A stretch of DNA of 64,000 nucleotides from Amoebidium appalachense (GCA_963693365.1 CAVNZM010000003.1:5390472-5454471), one strand, 5' to 3'; positions 12,441-27,890 are shown, counted from the stretch's first letter. Notes: generated by a model not told the origin, from the letters alone. Translations and numbers: made by a program.

Positions 12441-15400
12441 AGGGAGCTCCGTGGGAAGAGGATAGTCCAGGTTTCATGCGGGGAGCAGCACACGGCATGT
12501 ATTGTGAGTATCCTCATTTGAGCATCCTCATTTCTCTTGTCGTCGTTACAATTCAATCGTTTGTCATTTCTTGAAACAGAGATGAAACAGAGGGATATGT
12601 TGGGGTACTTCATCAAGTGTTTTCTTGTATTTTTAGTGGGGGTGGGGGGGAGGTGGAGGGAGGGAGGGAGAGAAAGGAAGGGTGTGATCGCCATTTATTT
12701 CCACAGTGAAAAAGTCGGGCACCTGCAAAGTGATACACTGGTACGTCTATGCAGGGTTGGCATAAAGAAGAACTTCTGCGGGGAGATCACACGTGGTTTT
12801 TCAAGTTGTTTTATTTGGAGACCAAGTTTGCTTTTTTCCTCGTTCAAAAGCAAGTGGTCTCCAAAGTATAACGGAAATATGGTATCTATGCGTGGTAGAC
12901 ATCAACATGTGATTCGTTCTCGTTTCCAGCTGCTTGAAAAGAAATAGAAACGAGAGGAATTGTGTTTCTGATGTGCAATGGTGTGCTCAGGATGACCTTG
13001 GTAACGTCTACTGCTGGGGTAGGCAGCGTGAGGGCCAGTGTGGGTTTGGCCGGAGCATAAAACCGCTGCTGGAGCCAAGGTGTGGGTGTGCCTGTGTGTT
13101 TCTCCAAATGTTTCTAAACCTCTCTTACGTTGTGTTGGTGATGAGGTATAAAAGGATGGTTGAATGAATGGGTCTTGTGGGGAGATTCAAGGAGGAGTTT
13201 GTTTGTGAGGTGTGTGTGTGTGTGTGTGTATGTGTGAGGCTTTTTTTTTTTTTTTTTTTTTTTTTGTTGGGGGGGGGGGGGGGGGGGGGGAGGGAGGGAG
13301 GGAGATAAAGAGACCTTTAATACGGGCATTTGCGACATGGCGCGCTCATCTGTATCGTTGTTTTAAGTTGGTTGGTATCGTTATTTGTTATGTTTCGTTC
13401 ATATCATAATCATCAACACATCATACATCATCACACATCACCATCATCACCAATCTTACTGTTACAATCGTTATTCCGGCTCTTTATTATTATTGTGATT
13501 ATCAACATTACTGTTACAATCGTCATTCCGGCTCTTTATTATTATTGTTATTATCATCACTCTTGGTGTGTGTATGTGCGTGTGCGGGGGGGGGGCGGTT
13601 TAGGGGGGGGGGGGGGGGGGGGTCTATGCTCTGGAAAATCCGTATTGTGTAGCCCAGGGATGCCGAAGAAGAGCTGGGAACTTTAACGCCCTGTTTTGTG
13701 GAGGCATATTTCATGATCTGCCGCAACGAGGGATGTAAGGATCACCTTCTCTCATGGTTCACTTGCCCAATGTGTTAGTAATATCATTCCCTGTATTCTG
13801 TCCTTTTTTTCTTTCCCCTCTTGACACTTGCGTGCGTGGGGTTGCAGTATGGTGCCAGGGCTGGAACATGAGGTGATAGTGCGGGTGGAGTGTGGCCACG
13901 AGCACACCCTCGCCCTCACCGACGGCGGGGTTCTGTACATGTGGGGCCTTATGCATGTCCAGGTAAGAGGTTCGGGGGCTAAAAAAAAAAAAAAGGAAAA
14001 AAGAAAAAAAAGGGAGGGGGGGGGGGGGGGGGGGAGGGGGGGGGGAGGTACCGAATAGGACGTTGAATGAAACCCAAAAACTAAAAATATCACTCATAAT
14101 CAATCGAAAATCTGTGACTTGGGACAGCGATTTTTTTTTGTTTTTGCCGGTCAACCATGTTTTTCGTGTTCGCCCCTTTCCTTTGAATATTCCCATTTAT
14201 GCTTACTTTTACCATGGTTTGGTCAACCAGAACCCCCCCTCCCTCCTCCTTCTTCTTTTCACTTCTAATTGGATGTTTTTCTCCACATCTACTCGTAAAC
14301 AATAAATACTACGTATGTTGGCCTCACATTTCACTCCCCCCGCCCCCCCCCCCCCCCCCCCACCCACCCACCCCCCACCCCCCTCCCCCCCATCCCCCAC
14401 CCCCACCCTTTTTTGTTGGTTTTTTTCATATAAATAGGACACCCGCCTCCGTAAACGATTTTAACCAATAGACTTTTGGCATGCAGGGGCCCCAGGTTAA
14501 GACGCAGTATTTTGGGCTCACTGATCTTAACGAGGGCCAGCGGAGGGATATGATTGAGAAAAGCTACTACGAATATTTGTCGAATGGGGGGGTTTCGGAT
14601 GACATACACCAGTCTATGGAGACCGTAGGTATGCATTATCCTAAGCACCCCCCCCCCCTCCCCCCCTTCTTTCCTCCTTCCCCCCCCCCCCCCCCCAAAC
14701 ACCCACTCACCCCCCTCCCCCCCAGCCCCAATACATGAAAATGGGAAGCAAGCACACACATAAGACGGATATGTACACGTGTGCGTGCATGTCCAGCAAC
14801 ATATAATGCATAGATTATAACGAGTAAATTTTGGTTGGGGACTCTGTTTCACCCCTGTGTGTTGAAAAAGTTTGCAACATTTTCTCTCTCGCTTGTTTTC
14901 GTTTTTCCCACTGTATGTCCACCCAAGAAAAAGACGTGTTAGCCTCTGTGCGTGTGTGCTGTCTCTCCGTGTGTCTGTATGAACGTTTATTTGTGGTTAT
15001 GGGCTTTCAGGTAGCGTGTTTTTGTGTAAGTACACATCTGCCCGATGCAAACTTACCCTGTAATGATTATACCTGCCTTGGTCTTTTCCGTTTTGTGTTC
15101 ACACTTAGTTTGGTTCACAGCTGGGTTCAGGCGGCATGTGGTGACACAGCCCCGCCAGGTGGTGATCCCTAACTGCCCACACAGTAAGCTGACCCTCCCC
15201 CCCCCCCCCCCCCCCTCCCCCCTCCCCCCTCCCTCCTCCTGCCCGTCTTATATCGACGAGTTCGTTTGAGGACACATTTGTTTTGACCTCTGCATCCAAG
15301 GTGTCGATTTGAGTGGTGGGGAAGGGAAGGCGGATAGGTGTGGTAGTGGTGTGAGGGGTGGGAAAGGTTGAGGTTTGTGTGCGAGGGGGCCCCCACTTTT

Positions 15401-18400
15401 GGGGAATGGAGGGAAAGATGGTGGGGGGAATGGTGGGGGAGGGGGGGGGGGGGGGGGGTGGGGGGGATTTTTCGAGGGAGAGGCAAGGGGGACAGTCTAA
15501 GGAGTTGCGGGGTGGGTTGCTTGTAAAGGGGTCAATGGGAAAATGTGCCTGTTTGGATGATGGGATCAAAGGAGAGATGTTTGCTGCATGCATGCGAATG
15601 CACGGTTGCGAGTTGGAGGCCCCAGTCGAAAGTATTGTTCGTTAGACCTCAGTGTCATAAAGTAAGTATTGAATTTCTTCTCATCTCTTCTAATGTCTTT
15701 ACGCTAAAGGTCAGAACCCGTAAATTCGTAATTAGCAAATAGTAAAACAGTAAAAGTCATCTTGTGCCTGAGGATAAAACCAGTTCGACCGTTGTTCTAT
15801 TTATATTCTATATTTTATATTTTTATTGTTAATTTTTAAGTTTGTGTGTGAGTGTGTGTTAAATAAATGGTACTTGGCAGAGGTCGTGGCTATGGCTGCC
15901 GGCTACTGCTTCACTCTAATCGTCGTGAGGTAAGGCCGGTTTCCTCCTCTCCGCGTGCATAATTGTTCTTATTTCGTCTTGTGTTTTTATCTTTTTGGCT
16001 TTCAATGTGTTTGCGTCCATGCCTTCCCCCCCCCCCCCAAAAAAAAATAAATAAATAAAATAAAATAAATAAAAATAAAAATAAATAAAAAATAAAAATA
16101 AAAATAAAAATAAAATAAAATAAAATAAAACAAAAATAAATTAAATTAAATTAATAAAATAAAATAAAAATAAATTAATAAACATTATATAAAATTAATA
16201 TGAAGTAAAGAAAAATGTGCACCTCGCATCTCTTTTACATCCCCCCCCCCCCCCCCCCCCCCATTTTCCCCCCCCCTTTTCCCTCCACCCCCACCTCCCC
16301 TTTCTCCTTCCTTGCATCCCCCCTCCCCCCCTCCCCCCCCCCCCCCCCCCCCCCCCGCTATTTTTCTCTTTTTGGTGGGCGAGAGGGAGATGGGAAACGA
16401 GGGGATAGGAGGGAGGGGGAGGGAAGGCGAGGGGGAGGGGGTAAGCTAATCAGTGCAGAGAAGGGTAATTGTGGATTAGTTGCATGTGCATCTCAGTCTT
16501 GGTTGCTTCAACATGCCAATAGCTGATACAAGTATTATCGTGGCTGCAGTAATGGTGATGTCTATGCATTCGGCTTCAACGACAAAGGTAACGTCACTGC
16601 CCAAACATCCCCCCCCTCCTCTTCTAACCTCTGTACGCCCCCCCTCGCCTGCCCCCCCCCCCCCCCCCCCCCCCGGCCCCTCATGTGGTACCGTGTTTTC
16701 TACTCCCTATGGAACCGGTGGTCCCTCTCCCTCTATCTCTTGCTCTGTCACCTCACTTCTCACACACTCTCTTCCCTCTCCCCTCTCTCGTTGTCCCCCC
16801 CCCCCCCCCCCCCCCCCCCCTCGCTTCTACTATTTAGTCCCCCACATGCATGCAGAAAGACGTCTGCTTTATATCCAAAAACGTCATTCTTACGTCATAT
16901 CGACCTCCGACTATTGCAACATGATATAACCACACATCACCACGAGCAGGTGCACGGTCGACTCATGATGTCTTACCCACTCAGTTGCTGGAAACTGCCT
17001 CCCCCACTGACTCTCTTTCTTCTCTTCCTTCTCTTTCCTTCTCTCGGTCTCACTCACTCTCACTTTCTATCTCGCTCTCTCTCGCATACCCCCCTCCTCC
17101 CCCCCCCCCCCCCTCCCGCCCTCTCCCCTCAACCCCCCTCCCCCCCTCCTTCCATCATCCTTTTTCCTTTCCTATTATTGCAATGCAGGGCAGCTAGGCA
17201 ACGGCACACGGTTTATGACCGAGGTGCCCACCCTTGTACCTGAGCTGAGCCATGAGTGTGTCGTGTCCGTGGCTGCAGGTGTGCGTGTTTTGGAACGAAA
17301 CATCCCGGTTTTGTTGTTTACCCCTTATCCATCCTTCCCTCCCCCCCCCCCTCCCCCCCCTTCACCTTCTCTCTCTCTGCCCCCTCTCGTCTTATCCTCC
17401 CACTCTCCCTCCCCTTTTCTCCTCTCAGTCACACCCACACACTCACCCACGCACAGTTGTGCACGTGTGCATGTAAGCATACACCCTGACAGACACACAT
17501 GCACACCTTCGCTCGTCCTTCATTTATACGGCCCCTTTCTGTGTAGTGAGAAGAGCATGTGAGTTGTCTTACAGAATCTTTTCCCTTTTGCTGTGTAAAG
17601 AAATAGGGTGATTGGGAACATCGTTCTCCCGGTTTATTGCATCGTTTTCTTGTTGATTACATTTGGTTTTCCGTTCAAAGCATCGGTTTCCCGTTCATTG
17701 CACCTCACCAAGCTAACCTGCAATTTACCCGGTGCAGGCACACAGCACTCTGTAGCCGTTACCCGGGATGGGTCTCTGTTCACATGGGGTGGCGGTATCT
17801 TTGGTCTGGGCCACCCGGTACCCAAGGACCTCCTGACACCAAAGTACACTCCCCCCCCCCCCCCCCCCTCCTCCCCCTCCCCCCGTCCCTCCCCCCATCC
17901 CCTGAGGACCGCCTTTTCCACACACGCAAACACGTACGCGCGTGCACACACACACACTATCTTTCCCCCTTTCAGTGCTTACCTCCAACCTTACTCTTTT
18001 TCTTACCCCCCCCACCCAACCACCATCACCACCACCCTACTCGGCGCCTCCTTCCTTTTCGACTACCGTTTTTTGATGGGGAGGGGGGGGAGGGGGTTGA
18101 GAAGGGGGGGGGGTGGGGGGGGGGGGGGGGGGGGGGAACAGACAAAGTAGAGTAAGCAACGACTGTGTAATGCCCCCCTCATCCTCCTCCCTCTTTCCCC
18201 CTCCCCCTTTCCCACCACCGCCACCAACACCATCCTCCACATCCCCTCGGATTTATTTTGTAAACAGGTCTACGTGTTCGTTTTCTTTTAGGCTGTATTT
18301 ACCGGAAGGGGTTGTTCTTTTTGGGCCATCTGGAGTTTCTATTGCTGTGTAGATGTGTACAGGAAAAGGCGTAACACGTTTATGTAGATGAATCAGAGGG

Positions 18401-18674
18401 GAGGGGGCGGTTTAGTTGGGTGGGGGAGAGAGTGTGAGTGTGCGGGCCGGGCGGGGGGGGCAGCAGGGCGGCGGCAGCGGGGGGGGGAGGGGAGGGGGGG
18501 GAGGGGGGGGGGGGGAGGGGGGGGGGGCTTCTATAGGTGTACTAAGATTTCTTTTTCGTTTTTGTGCAGGCGAGTGATGGCACTTTGGCCTGATATTGGT
18601 CGGAGAGTGCTGTCGGTGAGCTGTGGTGCCTACCACACTGTGTATGTAAATCCCTCAATATGAACATGCGCACT

Positions 18675-18712
<38 letters not shown>

Positions 18713-18776
18713 CCACACACCCACCCCCCACCCCCTTCCCACCACCCCCCCCCCCCCTCCCCCCCCCTACGAACAC

Positions 18777-18829
<53 letters not shown>

Positions 18830-18847
18830 ACGCACACGCACACGCAC

Positions 18848-18879
<32 letters not shown>

Positions 18880-19030
18880 GCACACACACACACACACACA
18901 CATACCAACCCATTCATTACCACCATTACGACCAGTGGACTTATCCCTGTCGTCCTTAAAACAATTATGATGCCTAGGTAGGCGCTTGGTGTTACGTGAG
19001 TTTAGTGTGTAAAAGTATTGGCCAGGGAGG

Positions 19031-19091
<61 letters not shown>

Positions 19092-19304
19092 TTGTTTTTT
19101 TTGGGGGGGAAGGGGGGGGGGGGGGGGGGGGGGGGTTGGTCAAATCTGGGTGATAGTTCGTTTCTTTTGTTTCTTTTGCACTTTGGTCGTTTTTGCCTCA
19201 GTGAAACACTTTTTTTTTGTAGTAACGACGAATTAACCTTACGGATGTGGGTCACAGATGTCTGGTGGAGGGTGGGGCTGTGTATAACATTTGGCCACGG
19301 AGAG
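12441..19304 (+). pseudogene. RCC1-repeat (RCC1/HERC/UVR8-like beta-propeller) gene fragment, 11 exons, apparently truncated at both ends
   Basis: Phase-compatible GT-AG exons about 12441-12503, 12991-13079, 13848-13962, 14487-14628, 15121-15183, 15881-15929, 16550-16587, 17189-17278, 17738-17843, 18570-18641, 19258-19304. Motifs VYCWGRQREGQCG, VECGHEHTLALTDGGVLYMWG, AAGTQHSVAVTRDGSLFTWG, VSCGAYHT. Single-base frameshifts in the first and last exons. Confidence 0.85.
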
Positions 19305-19970
19305 GTGCCCCCCCCCCCCCCCCCACCACCCTTCCTCTCCCCCCCCACCACACACACGCACATACACACATACACGTGCACATACACAAACACATCCCTG
19401 ACTCCCTGCGTCCCCATCACTTAGCACGCTTTACGTTTTGTGGCAGTTACGTTTTACTATCATTTTCACCTCGCGGGACCATTTTTTTCGTCTTGTAGGG
19501 GTTTTCTCGCCAGTGTGCATGTAGGAAAGGTTTGGGAAACAGGGAATGATACAGCTCCGGCATGCTGTTAGGCTGGTTATCTATTATCACCAGAGGTTCT
19601 TTCTCTCATATCTCATCCTCCAAATTTCCGGTGCTTCCCATGATATTTCCTTAGCATTGTTAAACCTCTTTTGAGTCTTTGCTGGTTATCTATTTGCTGC
19701 ATTGTGATCTCCTTTCCTCTCTTCTTCAATCGTTCACACTCTCAACACACACAAACACATACAGCCATTCCTTTCCTTCCCTATAAGTCCCCACATGCGC
19801 ACCGGCCACCCTCCTCACCACCAAACACCATCCCCCCCCTCCCCCCACCCCCCCCCCCCCCCCCCCTCCCCCGCTTTTTTTCCCGCCGAAAATACACATT
19901 TCGAAAAATGTAAAAGATAGACCAGCACCTGCAAACACACAGTCCTCTGGTGTCTTCCCTGCCTCTGCAA

Positions 19971-20017
<47 letters not shown>

Positions 20018-20169
20018 CCTCCCCCTCCCCCCCTCCAAAAAAGTCTCCCACGCCCTTTCAAGTCCAGCCCTTCCCCCCCTCCCCCCCGTTCCCCACCCAC
20101 CCACCCCTATTGGATGCGCAACTACACCTCCTCTTCCTTCAACTACCAAGCGTACACCTCCCTTCCTTT

Positions 20170-20663
20170 CATTTACCTAGCGCTAAAGTCTCCTTCAATA
20201 TTTTCTACATCGTTCCTGCCACCCTGTTTTCCCCCCCCAGGCCAGCAAGGAACCCTTAACTTGTAGTTGACTCAATTTTTTTCCTTTTTCAGGCCAGCAG
20301 TCCCTTTACCTTCAGCAGACACTCTTGCTAGCCTTTACCCCACCCCCCGCCCCAAACCCCCCAACCCCTCCCCCACCCCTCCCAACCACACCCACCACAC
20401 CACACCTTCTTCTCCCATCTCTCTTTTTTTGACCACAACAACCACAGGCATCATGCTTGCGCAAAAAAAAAAAGGGCTGCAGCTTGCAGCCGCTCTTTAG
20501 GCCGGCATACCTCTGCTATTGCAACATGCGTCACAGTAAGCCATTCCCCCCCCCCCCCCCCCAAAAAAAAAAAAAAAAAAAAAGAAGTGAGAAAGAAAGA
20601 AAAATGCCCTTCTTACATACCCAACACACACACGCACACACTCGAGCTCGCGCGCGCACACAC

Positions 20664-20730
<67 letters not shown>

Positions 20731-20801
20731 CACACATGCACAAAGACACACACAAAAACCACACACACACGCACACGTACGCACGCGCGCACACACACAC
20801 A

Positions 20802-20896
<95 letters not shown>

Positions 20897-21329
20897 CACA
20901 CTCGAAACCACTCCTGGGCAATCCCACCCTGCCCCCCCCCCCCCCACACACACGTCACGTCATCTCAAAGTTTTTCTTGGGACAACAGAATTCAAAAGGA
21001 AAAAGAATAACACACACCCCACTTTTGGGGCAAAAAAAAGGGAAATGTAGGAAGAAAGAGAAATGAAAAAAAGGAGAAAGGGATAGGAAAGAAAGAGAAG
21101 AACTAAACACTGTTCTAAGACAAAGCCAGCACCGAACAGTATTTGCCTGCTGCAGCCACCGACCCATGTATGGCTAACTCTAATATCAATGAAGAATACT
21201 TAACCAAAAATATTCTGTGATGTTGAGTTTGAGTGATGACGACAAGCACACCTTGAAGTGTAGAAAGGATGTGTGGGTGGCTATGTGTATTGCAGCATAG
21301 AACAAGCGAGGGAACATTTTTTTTTTTTT

Positions 21330-21360
<31 letters not shown>

Positions 21361-21469
21361 GGGGGGCTGTTTCAGAGGATGGAGAGGGACTGTTAAGGGT
21401 AGCTGGACATGCCCTCATGTCTGTTTAAATGGATGAGAAGAGTTAACATCGTGTATGTGAAACTTTTGT

Positions 21470-21521
<52 letters not shown>

Positions 21522-22700
21522 TTCCCCACACTTCCCCATCCTTAATCACACACTCCTCCTCCAGGATATCAGACAAAGCCTCATTCCATAGAAGCCCCCC
21601 CCCCCCCCCCCCCCTCCCCGCCCGCCCTTTCTCCCCTGCCCCCCCCTCCTCCCAATCATCTCCACCCCCCCCCCCTCCCCCCCCCCCCACCCCCATCATC
21701 ATTACAACCCTCCTCCCCCCCCCCCCCCCCCCTCAATGCCGTGGCCACCTCCTGCACTCTCCCTCCTATCCATGCTACTCTGGCCGATCCCCCCCTCCCC
21801 CCCCCCCCCCCCCCCCCCCCCTCCCACCCGTGCGCAGGGATGGGTTGGGGGACAATGAGAGAGGCATTATACAAAGGTCACTGGGCGCTCTAGGGCACTG
21901 AAATGCCTACAGATACCTCTCACTTACTGGACCAATATCACGTGCAGGGGATGCATAGAACCACGGTCCCGAGGTCAGCAGCCATTTTGGGCCTCGGCGG
22001 TGGACTGAATGCAGCCACGCGGCAGGGGCATGCCGGGGCTGTGAAAAGTGAAGGTGGGTATTGGGTTTCTTATTTTTCAACACACAAATCAATAGTCCGC
22101 AATTGCACATTGCACGCCACACTATACATAAAAAAGCGACACACAACCATACACAAGCATAACCTCATGCTTGTACGCACATTACGTGAGCAGGTGCAGA
22201 GGAGGGCAAACATCAAATTAGACAAAGGACTGATTTTTTACTCGTGTCATAGGTAGACATAGTATCTTGATCTTCTTTTTTTCCCTCTCCCTGCTTCCTT
22301 CGCTCTCCCCCTCCCTTACCCACCCGCTTGCTTAAAGCGCATACCAACAAACACACACGCAGACCTTTCTCTGTTTCTTTCTTGGTGGATGGGTGGTTCG
22401 GAGGATCGCCCCCCCCCCCTCCCCCCCCCCCCCTCCCCCCCTCCCTCCCTCCCCTGCGTGCTCACAGTTGCATGTACCGACATTGCTATGACCTCTCCTT
22501 AGCACCAGAGCCATTTCAGTTCGGTTTGAATACAGACACACCAAAAACAATCATGCAAGGGGTTCAGACACACCCACATGCTAGTACACTCTCACACAGG
22601 CAACGTGCCTTGAAATGCACACACATACACAAAGATTATAAGGGCACATACAGACACTCACACATGCACCCCCATGCCGGTGAGTGGGTGGGGGCTTGTG
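20170..22700 (+). pseudogene. Inverted paralog of the 5' half of the AP2 gene (exons 20453-20535, 21120-21167, 21903-22053); AP2-domain exon absent
   Basis: Collinear similarity to about 8600-5880 on the minus strand. MPTDTSHLLDQYHVQGMH vs MSSDTSHLLEQYHVQGMH, with the same phase-1 GAAG|GTGGGT donor. An A-run expansion frameshifts the first exon. Confidence 0.75.
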
Positions 22701-23368
22701 TGTGTGTAATGGTGGGGGGGCAGGAAGGGGGAGGACGACAGGATTTGTGTTGTTGAAAGGGCGTGTTTGTGTGTGAAACATGGGGATGAGAGGAAGAAGA
22801 GCTTCTGAGGAGAATGGGGTACCTGTCTGCGATAGAGTCTTTGAATAGTGATGATAGACGGGGGCTTGATAGTTGTGTGCATGTGAGTGTGTTTTGGGGC
22901 GGGAGGGGCCTTCAGGGGTTGGGGGGGGGGGGGGGGGGGGGGGGGGGGAGAAGAGGAGGAGGGATGGGTTGTGTGCGGGTATGTGGGTGTTGGAGGTTTT
23001 TTTTTCCTCCTTATTTTTTCATTCTTTCATTCATTTTTTATTTATTTATTTATTTATTTATTTTTTTTTTTTTGGGGGGGGGGGGGGGGGGGGAGGGAGG
23101 GAGGGCATGGGGACGGGGGAGGGTTTCGTTTCCTTTCGATTTTCTTTTTACTGTGGCGTTGGTTCGATATTAGAAACAATTATACATGTTAGCTTGTTTG
23201 AGAATAGGTGAAGAAAGCGGCTTAAACCCCACTCCACACTTGCACACATGCACACACACACAGACACAACTACGAACACATGCGGACACAGACGTGCTGG
23301 CATGCACACACGTTGACATACACACACACAGACACACATAGACACACGCTCGTGCGCGTGCGCGCGCA

Positions 23369-23509
<141 letters not shown>

Positions 23510-23520
23510 TACACACACAG

Positions 23521-25074
23521 GAGTTCAGGCGCATCAAGGAGAAACTTCTACAGGACGAGAGGGTTCTCCTTCAGACGATCAGTTTCGATCTGACCATCGA
23601 ACACCCATACAAGTATCTGCTGGGTTTTCTCAAGGCACTTAAAGGTGGGTCCGTGAATGTTCACAATAGCGTCTGTATCGGATTTGTGTAACGCTGTAAG
23701 TTGTATGATGGCATTGTGTTGTGTTTACGGTCGATACCGCATTGGTGCGTGCGTGCGTGCGTGTGCGCTTGCGTGCGTATGTGGGTGTGTGTGTGTGTGT
23801 GTGCGCGCGTGCGTGCGCGCGTGCGGGCGTGCGTGTCAATGTGTGCGCCAGAACCCTCTGTTGTTATTTGATGCCAGGGTCACCAGCTAGTATTCAATGT
23901 CCACACACAGGGGATAAGAATTTCGCACAGACAGCATGGAATTTCATCAACGACAGGTACCTTTCCTCTTTATTTATTTATTTGTTATTCGTAATGTTAA
24001 GGTTTTTTTTTTTGGCCCTGTGCTTGCAAAGTGAGAGGTGGGAGGGAGAGAGAGAGGGAGGGAGGAAAGAGAGTGGGCGGGGGGGGAGAGGGGGGGGGGG
24101 GGGGAGGAGGGGGGAGAGAGGGAGGGAGAGAGGGGGGGGGGGGGGGTGGGGAGGGGGAGGGGAGGGAGGGGGGAGGGGGGAGGGGGAGGGGTGTCTCACG
24201 TGTGCCTGTTTCAGTCTGCGGTCCACTGTGTGCCTACAGTACCACCCACGTGTGGTGGCCTGTGCCGTCATTCTATTAGCTGCAAAAATGAGAGGCTTCC
24301 AGCTACCGGACATGGTTGATGGGAAGCAGGTGCGTGGGTGTGTGTGTGTGTTTTTTATTTTATTTTTTATTTTTATTTTAATATTATTATTATTATTATT
24401 ATTATTTTTTTTTGGGGGGGGGGGGGGGAGAGGGGGGGTCGGTGGTAGGTGGATGGGCATGCTGTGTGTGCGGTGTGTATGTGTGTGTGCATAGTGGGGA
24501 TTGCTGGTGGTGACAGCCCCGGAGGGGAGGGGAGGGGGGAGGAAGGGGAATGTACCATCGTCTATGTGCACCTATGTGGTAGAGTGGGGCTGGGGGGAAG
24601 GGGGGGGGGGGGGGGAGAGGGTGAGGAAGGTGGCGAAGGGTTTCAAGCAAAAAGGTAGCCGAAGCTGTTGTATGGTATCTAATTTGGTGTGGTGGGTGGT
24701 GTTATGGATGCATGTTTTTTTTTTTTTTTTTTTTCTTCGCCCATTGCCTGTCTGACCAGAATTTTCCTCGTGCAGTGGTTCAAGGCATTTGTGGATGAGA
24801 GTGTCACCAGGGAAGAGTTGGAAGGTATGTTCCCGTGTCTGGTTCCCGAGTATCTCGTTGTGTCTACGACAAGTGTGCTACATACCTATTCTTACCCACA
24901 TACCTGATTCCCCGATCTATACGTAAATTGATTAATTAAAATAGTTTTACCTTCTAAACATAATAGACAGGGATGATGATGAAGTTTTAGAGGCTTAGAT
25001 GGGTGAGTGATCGTGTGTTCTCCTGTGTGTGTGTGTGCGTGTGAGTGGGTGGGTGGGTGAGTGAGTGGTTGTGT

Positions 25075-25128
<54 letters not shown>

Positions 25129-25305
25129 GGTGTGTATGATGGGAAAATTGGTGATGATTGGGTGGGGTATGAAAGGAGGATGTAATATTTTTAGCAAGAT
25201 CTTTGTCTTTACGTGCGCATGACCCCCCTCCCCCCCCCATCATAACCACCACCCCCTCAAACACACACGCGTGTGCCGCACACACCCGCGCACGCACACA
25301 CACAC

Positions 25306-25349
<44 letters not shown>

Positions 25350-25431
25350 CCGTTGGTGACCAGATCAAGAGTTTGTATGCCGAAGAGGCCACCGACCCAA
25401 AACTTAAACAACTGCTGAAGAGAGTAGGAGC

Positions 25432-25472
<41 letters not shown>

Positions 25473-25922
25473 TGCTTGCCTGTGTGTGTGTGTGCGTGTG
25501 TGTGTGTGCGTGCTTGCGTGCGTGCTTGCTTGCGTATGGGGTGTGTGTGTGTGCATATGTGTGTGTGCGTTGGCGTTGGCGTGGGCATGGACATGGGCCC
25601 GCGTGCGCGTGCGATAAGTTGTAGTTATCGGAGGAAAGTTTTGGGGTAGGTTTTTTTTTTTTTTTTTTTTTTTTTTCCTTGGAGGAGGAGGGGGGAGGGG
25701 GGGGGAGGGGGGGGAGAAGGTTGGGTGGCTTACTATAATTGCTGTTACCTTTATATGTACTCGTATGGATTTGCTGCAGTTGCCTAATTGCTTGAATTGG
25801 CCGTTTGCTTTCTCCGGTTTCATCTAAGCATGATGAATTTGGATCGAATTGATTGCTTTCCCCCTCCAGGCACCCCCGGACAATTCGAGAGCCCCATCCC
25901 CACACCACAGACCACAAGGTAT

Positions 25923-25963
<41 letters not shown>

Positions 25964-26367
25964 CCCATCCCCGCCGCCCTGCCCCTCGTCGCCCCTCCCC
26001 TGCCAATGCGCACACATGCACGGCGGGAAAAAGGGAAGGGGAACGGAACAGAGGGGAAAACAAAAAAAAAAGGACCAAGGAACATCAGTAAAACGAACAT
26101 TGGCAGCTTCAGGGTGGTATGTATTCACATAAATAAAGCGACAAAGAACAAGGGGTGTATCGAAAACCCAAGCAAATTAAGTCAAACAACAAGACCGTGA
26201 TGCATGATGCATGCTAAAACGTCCAAACTCTACGCACAGACCGGCCGGGCCAGAAATCCCCGCTTGCAGGTGGGCCCCCAGGGCACCGGCCAGACACACC
26301 TGGGGGGCAGAAGAGACGGGCCGAGGGGGAGCAACACCCACATGCGAAGGCTCAGAGAGCGGCTTGA
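23521..26367 (+). pseudogene. Cyclin T/K-family gene, 3' half only (7 exons ending in a stop codon)
   Basis: Phase-compatible exons 23521-23644, 23911-23956, 24215-24329, 24776-24824, 25350-25423, 25870-25918, 26240-26367, encoding [56 protein letters not shown]. No N-terminal cyclin-box exons found upstream. Confidence 0.85.
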
Positions 26368-26441
26368 GATATGGTTTAACTGCAAATATTTCGGCTTCCT
26401 TGCCTTAAATCCCTTCTTCTTTTTTTTTTTTTTTTTTTTGT

Positions 26442-26476
<35 letters not shown>

Positions 26477-27194
26477 TTCGGCCTTCAACACGTGGTTGGG
26501 TCGATACTCTCTGTTGACACAAGATAATGCTGTGTGAGCCTCGTGACTTGTGGGTGTGTTTGTGACTCGAACCCAAACAGACTCTATATATGGTACGAAA
26601 GACATTGCGCAAGTACATCACACTTGCCCTGTACATGTGATTTAGATATATGGAAATTGGATGACTATCTCGGTATATCCGCTACATATCTGGTGTATGA
26701 TGACAAGAGTTCTGGGCTGGCCTGGGACGTGTACGGGCTGGAGTCACTCCCCCCCTTTTTCTTTCAAATGTCACCCCTTCCATATGTATGAAATGTTGGC
26801 CGATTATAATTACAATTTTGCACCTGCTCCAGATATGTAACTGTGAGATATATTCGTGCCTGGATATTTCGACCGTGACAATTAAGTGCTCCACCTGATC
26901 ATGACAGTGCACAACCAAAGGAATCAGACTGTTGATTTGTATTACAGGTCATGCGCGCCCAATAATAATGGATACACTTCAACTGATGATATTGCACAAC
27001 CCGACTTATAACTGTTAAATGTGCATCCCAAATTTCGACTGCCTGGGGCCATTGATCAGTCAGCTTTAACATGTCTGAGATAGTATATGGGGGCCGGGTG
27101 GGCGCCCTTCCGCTGCAGGTCCTAAATTTGAACACCATACGGTATTGGAACATACGTACATTACTATGATATATAGAGTCAAGTACAGATTATA

Positions 27195-27691
27195 ATTATT
27201 ATAAGGTCCAGGAGAGGAATTCGAACCAAAAAAAGAAAAAGACGAGAAGCTGACTTAGACAGAGTCGATTCAAAACATGTACGAGACCAGGCTGAAGTTT
27301 CTTAAAAAAATTCGGGTTTGAATTGATTTTAAGCATACCTGAAAAGGGGCAGCAGCTGATGGGTTAACCCCCCCCCCCCCCCTCTTTTTCTTATCGTACT
27401 ATAGCTAACACCTTTACAACCTACTTTATTTCAGAGCCCGACCCCACATATTATGCACGAATTTAATCATGCACATGCGAACAACTCTATGTAAAGTTCT
27501 AGTCTGCAGTGTATGTTAGAGTAACAGCTGCGGCTGAAAATATGAAATATTCGACATTTTCCAGACCACCCCATTTTGGTTGGTGGGCCACGTCCGGATC
27601 CCCTCTTTCTGGGTGTGTTAAGTCATATATCAGATTCGATATGTAGATCTTACCCTCGATGCTTCTACAATACTGGTGGATCTATCAGATC
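27195..27691 (-). pseudogene. Diverged paralog of the AP2 gene 3' end and 3' flank, cut by Copia A
   Basis: Patchy collinear similarity to 3050-3538 (gacagagtcg, ttcgggttt, aagcatacctgaaa, tgcgaaca.ctctatgta, tggtggatctatcaga). Confidence 0.7.
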
Positions 27692-27890
27692 TGTTGGAAT
27701 ATACAACACCAATATCACTATTATTATTACTAAGTATATTCTACTAGTGCTAGTTCGTTGTCTATCTGCTTACATCTGACATGTTTAGCGAGTGTGATTA
27801 TGCGCTCCGCAATCCGATCTTGTGGTGAGCAGTTACGTAATAGCTGGTGTATGAGTGAGATTGTCCCACAATCACACGCATATGAATTTG

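Noticed and set aside
26600-27160. Short minus-strand ORFs in unique sequence
   Set aside because: Interrupted by stops with no recognisable motif; probably 3' flank of the AP2 paralog.
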